Positions 9,962 through 17,889 of a stretch of DNA of 64,000 nucleotides are shown piece by piece. The DNA is taken from the NCBI GenBank assembly GCA_965214775.1, contig OZ243974.1, positions 1,632,001 through 1,696,000 of the forward strand. The letters are read 5' to 3'. This stretch comes from Nitrosopumilus sp. Lineage in GTDB: Archaea; Thermoproteota; Nitrososphaeria; Nitrososphaerales; Nitrosopumilaceae. Position 1 is the first letter of the stretch. Every line of letters begins with the position of its first letter. Made by a program: the position numbers and the translations under genes. Below the pieces are notes generated by a model that saw nothing but the letters and a program-made list of their open reading frames with translations, did no database searches and was not told where the DNA came from.

Positions 9962-10792
9962 TTAACAAGAATTTCTTCTAGCTATTTCGTCAATGATGAT
10001 CCTTAACATTGATCTAAGATCGCTGCCCTCTGAATAATCATTTGAATACATCCCATAATTAGTTCGTCTTCCTCTTGCAAGCTCATATGTTTTCTTTGGT
10101 GTATCCGCCATTATTCCAATACAATGTCCGCCATTACTTCGTACTGCAGAAAAACATGGAATATCACTAGGCCCGTCCCCTATGTAGATCATGTTTCTAA
10201 ACGGTATTCTTCTTTGTTCACTCTTTACTGCATCATTTACTAAATACGGATATTTGCGTAGATTTTCCTTGTCTATTCCTTTGTTGATTGCATAAAGATA
10301 TTTTGTTTTTTCTGTAAATGTGACTGTTGATTGTATTGCGTAATATTTTTCCGTTTTAGGATCTACACTATAATTAGATGCCAAAACATCTTTGAATTGT
10401 TTTGCAAATGAACAGCATTTTACAAGATCTTCTATTCCAGCTGAAATTATGTATCCCTCAACATTGATTCCAGATTTTATACATTCGGAATTATTTGAGA
10501 CATGCCTCTGCAGTTCTTTAATGAACGAGTCTGCTCCTTTGTATGGCTTGATTTTTTTTGCAAGGTCATGCATTTTCTGAGGGGTATTTTGTTTAATTTT
10601 TCCATCATTCATTAACTTTAAAATCTTATGAAGATATGCCTGAGGTGGATCCCAGCCCTTTTGAACAAAATTTCGATCAATGTCATTCCAAAAATCATCT
10701 AGTTTGATTCCATTTTCCTCAAGCAAAAAGTTAGTTGTGTCATGAGCTAAAGTATCATCACAGTCACAAATTATGGCTATCGTGTTATGCAT
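9962..10792 (-). CDS. HAD-superfamily hydrolase
   Basis: Motif I DCDDTL, IISAG, conserved Lys in TEKTKYL, motif IV YIGDGPSD; AT-rich. Confidence 0.85.
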   Translation of the reverse strand: MHNTIAIICDCDDTLAHDTTNFLLEENGIKLDDFWNDIDRNFVQKGWDPPQAYLHKILKLMNDGKIKQNTPQKMHDLAKKIKPYKGADSFIKELQRHVSNNSECIKSGINVEGYIISAGIEDLVKCCSFAKQFKDVLASNYSVDPKTEKYYAIQSTVTFTEKTKYLYAINKGIDKENLRKYPYLVNDAVKSEQRRIPFRNMIYIGDGPSDIPCFSAVRSNGGHCIGIMADTPKKTYELARGRRTNYGMYSNDYSEGSDLRSMLRIIIDEIARRNSC

Positions 10793-10891
10793 ATTGACAA
10801 AAAGAACGCTTGCAATAAAAAATGATCCCATGAAAAATAGGCTTTAGATTTTGCGCAATCTATGTGTTATGCCGAAATTATTTCGCCTAGC

Positions 10892-10976
10892 GGAATTTAT
10901 GTGTAATTGGATCAAATCAAATCAAAAAAAAGTCAGGTAGTTTTTGCGTCATTTTAGGCAAATGCGCACAAGGTCT
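10892..10976. mobile_element. Degenerate MITE, family M2 (ISL2-type ends)
   Basis: Similar to 11764-11841 and 27346-27424. Confidence 0.55.
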
Positions 10977-11064
10977 ATTGTCAGAACTTGTCTGACTGGC
11001 AGATGACTCCGGGCAGAAGATATGCAGGCCCAAAAGAAAGAACGTGGACAAGTCACACTGTTCT

Positions 11065-11233
11065 GGGAGCTGATTCAAAATCAGCAGATTCGGATCATGT
11101 ATAAACAAATTTGTACTATCAAATCGAGTAAAACGCCTGCAAATGACTAGTTATTTGTATATAATCTGCTTGACAAGCGTACAGAAAAATCCGGACGTTG
11201 ATTTACACGGCTTTTAATTTTGAATCATCTCTG
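11065..11233. mobile_element. MITE, family M4
   Basis: Ends GGAGCTGATTCAAAAT / ATTTTGAATCATCTCT; homologous to 17100-17262. Confidence 0.7.
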
Positions 11234-11409
11234 TGGGACTTGTTGCCTAGGTGCAGTAAACCGTGCCAACGCTGAACAATTGGCATAAGAAGGCACTTGT
11301 CTAAAGAATAACCCCAGCTAAATCAAAATCAATTCTAACACACTGATGAAAAAATCAAACATTCGAGAAGACAATGTTAAGATTCTAAAACGTGCAAAAA
11401 TCAAACAGA

Positions 11410-11530
11410 CAGTCTTCCCAGAAGTACGTGATTCATGACTGTGCAGATGGCGGCGGGCGAATCTGTAGTTATCATAATTTGATTTGTTTCAAATCTGGGG
11501 CCGTTTTCTGGGTTACCTCTGGGAAGACTG
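11410..11530. mobile_element. MITE, family M6
   Basis: Terminal repeat CAGTCTTCCCAGA with 6-bp target duplication AACAGA; homologs at 12453-12570 and 40294-40418. Confidence 0.85.
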
Positions 11531-11550
11531 AACAGAGAAATAATTCTTAT

Positions 11551-11643
11551 GTATGAGGTCACCTACCCCTGCCAATCAGGCACGAATTGACATCTATGAC
11601 TATGATTTTCACACCTAGTCAACAGGGGGACGTGACCACATAC
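11551..11643. mobile_element. 93-bp MITE, family M3 (IS66-like signature)
   Basis: Ends GTATGAGGTCAC / GTGACCACATAC with 8-bp target duplication ATTCTTAT; homolog at 26187-26279. Confidence 0.88.
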
Positions 11644-11763
11644 ATTCTTATCTGTAAATGAAGAAAATAGATAAATCTCTAATAAAAAGTCTAAAAATAT
11701 GAAACTAGAAGATTGGGATTGCTGGATAAACAAAATGCCCGAAACAGAACATCCTAATGCCAT

Positions 11764-11841
11764 AGGCCTTGTGCGTAATCGGTGTAGATCAAGAAAATCA
11801 GGCAGCGCTTACGTCATTTTTGGCAAATACGCATAAAGTCT
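11764..11841. mobile_element. 78-bp MITE, family M2 (ISL2-type ends)
   Basis: Ends match AGACTTTATGCGTAAT of the full IS; 3-bp target duplication CAT. Confidence 0.85.
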
Positions 11842-11870
11842 CATGTATAAAAAAAGCTAAAAATGCGTAA

Positions 11871-11985
11871 CTGGTGAGTTCTGAAGGTCGTTTCTGATGA
11901 TGTATGCATTGATTTCAGGCACAGATTCCATTTGATCGGCATTCGTTGGTGACAAAATTTGTGCCTGATCTTCCAGTCCGACCTG
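11871..11985. mobile_element. MITE-like repeat, family M8
   Basis: Inverted copy of 8263-8383. Confidence 0.65.
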
Positions 11986-11998
11986 TTACAGATAATCC

Positions 11999-12280
11999 CT
12001 ATAGTTCTAAACCAAAAGACTCTGCGATACTTGAGAACTTTACATAAGAATCCAAGTACTGCCTTCCTTTTGAAGTGATGACAAAAGTGTTTTTTCCATC
12101 AAACTCGATCTTATTGATAAGGCCTGCACCAGTCAGGTTTTCCAAGAATTTTGATAACCTTGAATGTGAAAGATTGGCTTTTGTCAAAAGTGATGTGGTT
12201 TTGATGCCTTCCTGTCCTGATTGTTCTGTTGCAGTAAGCAAGTCTGCTACAATCCGCACACTTGTACGATAGGAAACCAT
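11999..12280 (-). CDS. Winged-helix transcriptional regulator (archaeal type)
   Basis: YRTSVRIVADLL, TTSLLTKANLSHSRL, FVITSKGRQYL; start placed at MVSYRT. Confidence 0.85.
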   Translation of the reverse strand: MVSYRTSVRIVADLLTATEQSGQEGIKTTSLLTKANLSHSRLSKFLENLTGAGLINKIEFDGKNTFVITSKGRQYLDSYVKFSSIAESFGLEL

Positions 12281-12452
12281 GTGTAATGTCATATAAAACC
12301 CCGATATAAGGGTATTACCCCTAACCGCCAGGGTGAAATGTGCCAAAAAATCAAGTAAAAACAGAAAACTAGGCAAGAGGCACGACGCCTCAAATAGCCG
12401 ATGATAACAAGACAGTAGCGATCTTTTGATTCGCATCTCATTAGCGGTAAAG

Positions 12453-12570
12453 CAGATTACCTGGTGTAACTTGACTCACGGCGGTGCAGACTGACGCGCG
12501 GATCTACAGGCAGTCGATCTGAACTGTGTCAAACGTGGAACCGTCTTGTGGGGGACTTTTGGAAAGACTG
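12453..12570. mobile_element. Degenerate MITE, family M6
   Basis: Internal similarity to 11410-11530; ends GGAAAGACTG. Confidence 0.55.
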
Positions 12571-12625
12571 CTGTGGCCTAAAATAATTCAGATCAGATAA
12601 ATAAGCTCCTGTCTGATTTTTGACC

Positions 12626-13222
12626 ATGTCTTCTTCACAATCATCAATTCCCTGGTTTGATGAATTTATAGGCGTAGCATACCGATATTTTGACCTTAGA
12701 ATGAATGTAGTTCCGTTATTTACTGATCAAAAAGAGTCCCTGAACCTGTGGAGAGATGTGATTCATTGGTGGGTTGACCCATCAATTAAAATCCGCTTTG
12801 TTGAAACAGGCGACGATTATTGGTTCATCATGGGTTCTGATTCGCAAAAACAGGAGACCAATATCTCAATGTACAAACTGTTGCCAAAGTCTGTACATTA
12901 TGAACGATTCAAGAAAGGCCATGGCGGAGAGGCATACCTCAGATTTGGGGTATATACTAAAAAAACCCTGGAAAACTCAAAAAAAGACACCATGTGCGAT
13001 TGCGGTCATGATGCAGCTGACCATGATGAAAACGACGGCGATGCTTGCCTGTACAATACCTGCGATTGCAAGAAATTTTCCAGTTTCCAGGTTAATTTGC
13101 TCAAAAGAAAAAAAACAATTACCGACATTAAATTTCTAGGCGAAGAAAATGTTAAAGACGACGTTCTTGCATGGAATTGTCTGAACGTTAACAAATACCA
13201 TCCCAAAACAGAACAAAGCTAG
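12626..13222 (+). CDS. Hypothetical protein with a Cys/His metal-binding insert
   Basis: Long ORF with backbone-like composition; CDCGH-x4-H...C-x4-CDC motif. Confidence 0.75.
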   Translation: MSSSQSSIPWFDEFIGVAYRYFDLRMNVVPLFTDQKESLNLWRDVIHWWVDPSIKIRFVETGDDYWFIMGSDSQKQETNISMYKLLPKSVHYERFKKGHGGEAYLRFGVYTKKTLENSKKDTMCDCGHDAADHDENDGDACLYNTCDCKKFSSFQVNLLKRKKTITDIKFLGEENVKDDVLAWNCLNVNKYHPKTEQS

Positions 13223-13422
13223 CCAAGATCTTTGTTTATTCTAACGTGCTCTCCGGGATAATACTCGTAAAGCTGCTTGGAATAACAGTCCCCGCACAAG
13301 ACTCCTTGAATATTCCATTCCTTCATTGGATTGAATCTCCTCTCGATTTTTTCACCGCAAATCGCACATTTGTAACTTGAACCCAAAGCGACTTTGCTTT
13401 TTTTACTGGATATAAAAAACAT
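13219..13422 (-). CDS. Small zinc-finger protein
   Basis: CAIC...CGDC; the true start is probably a few codons downstream. Confidence 0.65.
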   Translation of the reverse strand: MFFISSKKSKVALGSSYKCAICGEKIERRFNPMKEWNIQGVLCGDCYSKQLYEYYPGEHVRINKDLG

Positions 13423-13546
13423 TCTGGAAAAAACATTCCTGCAAAAATCATGTTAAATAATACCTGCTTTTACAGAGTTTGGGTAGAGCAGTCTGGCCAG
13501 TGTAAACCTCCTGCAAGATTTTTACTTGGTTGGACTTCTGCCTATC

Positions 13547-15298
13547 TTACAACAAATTGCTAGTCAGCTTTCGTAGTGCCAGCATCTCGTCTTCTTCCTG
13601 CCTGATTTTCTTATCAATTACACGAAGCATTGTATCATTCCATACATGCTGTGAGAAGAAGTTGTGTTTTGTATTTGCCAACTCTATCTCGTCATCAACA
13701 ACCGTGTCTTCAAGAAACTTGGTTACGATGACATCCGTCAATCTTAGAATTCTGGAATTGAGTTTTAAGCTACGAAAAATCGGCTCTAGTCTTCTAATGT
13801 CTACCTTGAAATCCCCCTTTGACTCTAGAATTTTTTTGTACAGTATTCTGAAATAGACTGCCACAAAAAACAGCGTTGCATACCTCTTGGTTTTATGCCC
13901 TCCCTGCTTTCCGTACTTTAACGATTTTTTTGCGTATTCTTTTACAAGATACGGATACAGCAAAATCCTGTAATCATCTTTTAGGTTGTCATTGAAGATA
14001 TCATCATACTTGCTTCCACGTGGCAAAAACTGTGACGGCGAACTATATGCCTCTGTAGGCCTCTGCTCAATCCCGGCAACTAGCGACTGAATTGCATCTT
14101 TTGCAACAATTACTTTTTTGTGATTGTCAGGAAGATACGCGTTGTATGTTGAATCGCCCTCGTACTCGCATTGCCTGGACTTGGTTTTTGTATCAAACGA
14201 ACCTGCCTGGATTTCATAAAAGTAGCCGCAGTTTCTCAGTTGGGATTTTATTGACTTGTGAAAATCCATCAGTGAAACCAGGTCTTTTCCTCTTACAGAG
14301 TTTTGAGAATTTCTGTATTTTGTAATGTTGTTTTGCTCTTGCTCATCGTCGGCCTTGATGATTGTTACTGTCATTGAGCCATCCATGTTTTTGGTCCGCT
14401 TGGAATGGTCTAAAATTGAGTTTGATGTCTGTGCGCCGTTTACAATTTGAGGGGCATGCAATTTGATAAAGTTATCGCCCAACTCTTCAAAATCGCTAAC
14501 AACAATGGTGATGCCATTGTTATAATAGAAAAATTTTTCCGGATTGCTTTGCAAGGTTTCTCTTAATCCCTTGTTGACGGTGGTTTTGAACTGCATCCAC
14601 TGCCTGATGTTTGATTCAAAAACATAATCCCTGTTTTTACTCACAAACTCCGTAAGCTCCCTGAGTTTTAAGATTCCCAAAATGGTGTTTTCGTGTCTTA
14701 GCATTCGCTCTAACTTGATTGACGATTTTTTTCCTGCCGCAGGTTTTTTTATTCTGTCCCATAACCTCTGAATGATTCTCTCTCCGTCAATTATCTCGAC
14801 TAGGCTGTCTTCATACTCTACCTTTTGATCAGTAACATAGCAGCACTTGATCTTCAGATTTTTTTCCTTGATCTTTGTAACTAGCTGCGCTAGTTCCGGT
14901 CTCATCTTTGTAACATCTCTTGATAACAGGCGTTTTACATCTTCCTTGAATTTTGCAATTGCTTCAAGGCAATGTGATGTGCCGTATTTTGACTGGAACA
15001 ATCTGATTGTGTCGTCTGAAAAATCTACGGGAAGGTACGCATCAATTCCCAGATCGTTGGCACCATCTACAATTGCATCTGCTGCATCGTCCTCAGTTGC
15101 TTCAAAAACCCTGGTTAGCACCCAGTGCAAAAAATTATTTCCTTTCTCAACCTCGTTTTTGGCACTTTTGGCATAATCTTTGATGCTTTCTTGGATGTTT
15201 TCTGAAAATCCCTCTAGCGGAGGAGACGTGTTTTTCTGAATTAATAGTGAGTGAGAGCCCGGTATGTATTCTAGTAATCCGTTTCCGTTTTGAGACAA
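13547..15298 (-). CDS. AIPR-family protein
   Basis: DGANDLGIDA, FQSKY, FESNIR, FFYYNNGITIV, QIVNGAQT, NSQNSV. Confidence 0.9.
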   Translation of the reverse strand: MSQNGNGLLEYIPGSHSLLIQKNTSPPLEGFSENIQESIKDYAKSAKNEVEKGNNFLHWVLTRVFEATEDDAADAIVDGANDLGIDAYLPVDFSDDTIRLFQSKYGTSHCLEAIAKFKEDVKRLLSRDVTKMRPELAQLVTKIKEKNLKIKCCYVTDQKVEYEDSLVEIIDGERIIQRLWDRIKKPAAGKKSSIKLERMLRHENTILGILKLRELTEFVSKNRDYVFESNIRQWMQFKTTVNKGLRETLQSNPEKFFYYNNGITIVVSDFEELGDNFIKLHAPQIVNGAQTSNSILDHSKRTKNMDGSMTVTIIKADDEQEQNNITKYRNSQNSVRGKDLVSLMDFHKSIKSQLRNCGYFYEIQAGSFDTKTKSRQCEYEGDSTYNAYLPDNHKKVIVAKDAIQSLVAGIEQRPTEAYSSPSQFLPRGSKYDDIFNDNLKDDYRILLYPYLVKEYAKKSLKYGKQGGHKTKRYATLFFVAVYFRILYKKILESKGDFKVDIRRLEPIFRSLKLNSRILRLTDVIVTKFLEDTVVDDEIELANTKHNFFSQHVWNDTMLRVIDKKIRQEEDEMLALRKLTSNLL

Positions 15299-15372
15299 CT
15301 TACTCCTCTAATATGCTATATATTTAGAGAGTTTGGTAATTATGTAATAACTCAACCAGGTATGAAAAAAAT

Positions 15373-15798
15373 ATGCTGAAAAAAGTATCCATTGTGGGAG
15401 GAGGAGTGGCACTGATTACAATTTCAACAGTCATGATTGCCGCAGCTGCCCTGGGAAGTTATTCTGTTGATGAGTCCGTCAAAGAGACGGAGCCTGTTGT
15501 AAATGCAGATGTGATAATGCCCACAAAAGTTTCAAGGCCTGGGTGTGAGAAAGCCGATAGATGTTATGTTCCGTCTGAGATGACTGTTGAAAAAGGCAGA
15601 GCTGTTACGTGGCTAAACGAGGATTCTGCATTTCACAGCGTGACATCTGGTCTGTATGACGCTCCCACTGAACTGTTTGATAGTGGACATCTTGGCCCGT
15701 CTGAGTCATTTTCGTACACGTTTGCCGAGTCTGGAGTTTATGACTATTATTGTACCTTGCATCCGTGGATGGAGGCACAGGTGATGGTAGTTGAGTAA
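15373..15798 (+). CDS. Cupredoxin (plastocyanin/azurin-like blue copper protein)
   Basis: N-terminal anchor, HSVTSG and YYCTLHPWM copper ligands. Confidence 0.9.
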   Translation: MLKKVSIVGGGVALITISTVMIAAAALGSYSVDESVKETEPVVNADVIMPTKVSRPGCEKADRCYVPSEMTVEKGRAVTWLNEDSAFHSVTSGLYDAPTELFDSGHLGPSESFSYTFAESGVYDYYCTLHPWMEAQVMVVE

Positions 15799-15801
15799 GC
15801 A

Positions 15802-15873
15802 AGGTGCCCGAGGGAGTCGAACCCCCTTGTATAGGCTTTGCAGGCCCACGCATAACCGTTCTGCCAGAACACC
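15802..15873 (-). tRNA. tRNA-Cys(GCA)
   Basis: Minus-strand cloverleaf GGTGTTC...GGGCACCT, anticodon loop CTGCAAA, T loop TTCGACT. Confidence 0.92.
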
Positions 15874-15912
15874 GTTTTGAAAAAAACAAGGTGAACAATT
15901 AAACCCTTTAGA

Positions 15913-16134
15913 TTAGAACTTGCTGAACGATTTTGAGGCCAATTTGACGTCTTCTCCCTTGACAGTCTTTCTGCCTGCATGAGATGACAAGTCAACGGCA
16001 TTTTTTGCAATACTGTCTGCAACCTCTTCGATCACCCTTCTTAGTTCGTCAGCAGATTCGTCACTGACTCTTTGGGCCCCGGCTTTTTTCAAAATTCTAT
16101 ACATTGCTGAAAGTCCCAGTTCTGATGATTTCAT
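15913..16134 (-). CDS. Archaeal histone (HMf-like)
   Basis: RILKKAGAQRVS...HAGRKTVKGEDV histone-fold signature. Confidence 0.93.
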   Translation of the reverse strand: MKSSELGLSAMYRILKKAGAQRVSDESADELRRVIEEVADSIAKNAVDLSSHAGRKTVKGEDVKLASKSFSKF

Positions 16135-16229
16135 AAAATTTCATCTGTTTTTTTTCGGAAAAACATAAAGAGTGAAAAAATATCACCAAGGAATCGATTT
16201 ATACAGACAATTTGCACAATTAACAAGAC

Positions 16230-16991
16230 ATGACATGGTATTTTGATTCTCATATTCATCTGTCTGACCCCCAATATGCCCCGGAAATCGGTCATATCTT
16301 AAAACAAATGGAGATTCTAAAAATAAAGGCATGCTGTGTTTCGATGGACAATGAGACATCACTGGCCACGTTGAATTTGGCAAAAACAAACAACAACCAT
16401 GTCATGCCATTTGTTGGAATCCATCCTGAACGTGCTGATGACTGCCTTGAGTCAATGGTGGGTCTGATTGAAGAAAACCATGAAACTATTGCCGGGATAG
16501 GCGAAATAGGATTGGATCCCAATTATGTTGCAAACGGTGATGATGATTTTTCCAGACAAACCAAAGTCTTTGAAACATTACTGAGGCTTTCTGAAAAATA
16601 CAAAAAGCCCGTATCAATTCATTCTAGAAAAAGCCTGGAGAAGATATTTGAAATCATGACCTCCTATGATGTCTCGCATGCGTTATTGCATTGGTTTGAT
16701 GGAAGCAAAAAGGATCTCTCTACGGCAATGGACATGGGATTCTATGTATCTTATGGCCCTGTAATGATTTATGCAAATGACAAGCAGACACTGCTCTCAA
16801 AGACTGACTCGTCAAAAATTCTGGTAGAAACTGATGGGCCAGTCAGATTTTCCAGATGTTTTGAAATGAAATCTGGCCAAATCAGCTTTATTCCAAGCGT
16901 CATTTTTTGTGCTGCTGAAATTCTTGGAAAATCCTTTGATGAAATGAGCTCCATTCTGGAAAAGAACTCTAGATCGTACCTGGGAATATAG
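16230..16991 (+). CDS. tatD: TatD-family nuclease
   Basis: DSHIH, GIHP, GIGEIGLD, IHSR, LHWF, LVETDGP. Confidence 0.92.
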   Translation: MTWYFDSHIHLSDPQYAPEIGHILKQMEILKIKACCVSMDNETSLATLNLAKTNNNHVMPFVGIHPERADDCLESMVGLIEENHETIAGIGEIGLDPNYVANGDDDFSRQTKVFETLLRLSEKYKKPVSIHSRKSLEKIFEIMTSYDVSHALLHWFDGSKKDLSTAMDMGFYVSYGPVMIYANDKQTLLSKTDSSKILVETDGPVRFSRCFEMKSGQISFIPSVIFCAAEILGKSFDEMSSILEKNSRSYLGI

Positions 16992-17008
16992 AGACACAAG
17001 TCAAAAGC

Positions 17009-17096
17009 CAGTGCGCACAGTTGAAATCTGGACATTTTTTATCAAAATAGGCACGATATGTCAAAATTACGATCCGTTTTTTTGATGTGCGCACTA
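17009..17096. mobile_element. 88-bp MITE, family M5
   Basis: Ends CAGTGCGCACA / TGTGCGCACTA; homologs at 29984, 32486 and 42892. Confidence 0.8.
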
Positions 17097-17099
17097 TAT

Positions 17100-17262
17100 G
17101 AGAGTTGACTCAAAATCAGCAAAATTCGGATCATGTGTAAACAGACCTGGCATCAAATCGATTAAAACGCCTGCAGATGACAACCTGTCTGCATGTAAGA
17201 TTATCTGAGAAGCGTACGGAAAAACCCGGGCACTTGCAGTTTCTTATTTTGGATAATCTCTC
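17100..17262. mobile_element. MITE, family M4
   Basis: Ends GAGAGTTGACTCAAAAT / ATTTTGGATAATCTCTC; homolog of 11065-11233. Confidence 0.7.
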
Positions 17263-17289
17263 ATGGTGCACCATGTTCGGAAAAATTCA

Positions 17290-17560
17290 GGATATTTGTG
17301 GACAATGTGTCATACCGCCACAAGTCAAGGAAGAAGGCAAGAGGCACCAGAGGAATTTGACGGTAACATAATGCCTGCTGGAATGCCTGCTGCCCTACAC
17401 GCCGGGGCTGAACCCAATTGAGATAAAGTGGAGGCAGATAAGACGCGCGTTTTCTGCAAGAAGGTCTTTGATACGCTTGAGGATCTGGAGCAGTCCGTAC
17501 GAAGACTTTGATAAAAAGACGATTGTACCCGTGAGAACATTCCAGTATTTGATGTGCTAA
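17290..17560 (+). pseudogene. IS630-like transposase C-terminal relic
   Basis: Fragment reads LLPYTPGLNPIEIKWRQIRR, then after a frameshift VFDTLEDLEQSV; boundaries approximate. Confidence 0.7.
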
Positions 17561-17568
17561 CTACAGAC

Positions 17569-17708
17569 TAGTTTGTTGCATAACTTCTTTTTTCGTCAAA
17601 AAACTCCTGATTTCGATCACAGATAGATCCGAACTCAACTGTGGTTTTTATCTGGATTTGTCGTTTAGGACGAATTCGAGTAAAAAAATCGAGTTATGCA
17701 ACAAACTA
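17569..17708. mobile_element. 140-bp MITE, family M1 (IS903-like ends)
   Basis: Terminal inverted repeat TAGTTTGTTGCATAACT, matching the IS end at 516-533. Confidence 0.88.
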
Positions 17709-17719
17709 TGCCTTTGTAC

Positions 17720-17842
17720 ACACTTAATAACCACGCATAATTTAGCCATAATATTAGAATGAGTGTCTTACATGCTGTCGTGGTGCAGGACATCCCTGCC
17801 AAAGTTCCCCTGATCGCTTGGGGGGGGGGTGACCTGCCGTAG
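17720..17842 (+). promoter_or_regulatory. Putative promoter, 27-aa upstream ORF and G10 tract/hairpin in front of giant gene 1
   Basis: TTAATAA 17724-17730, ATG 17759, CCCC-loop-G10 (17820-17829), stop at 17842; homologous to 43132-43249. Confidence 0.5.
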
Positions 17843-17889
17843 CTCTGACACAAAGCCCGTCCCGCAGGGCTCCTGTAGGTGCTGCCTCC

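Noticed and set aside
15913-16134. Histone gene as a novelty
   Set aside because: HMf-like histones are established in this lineage
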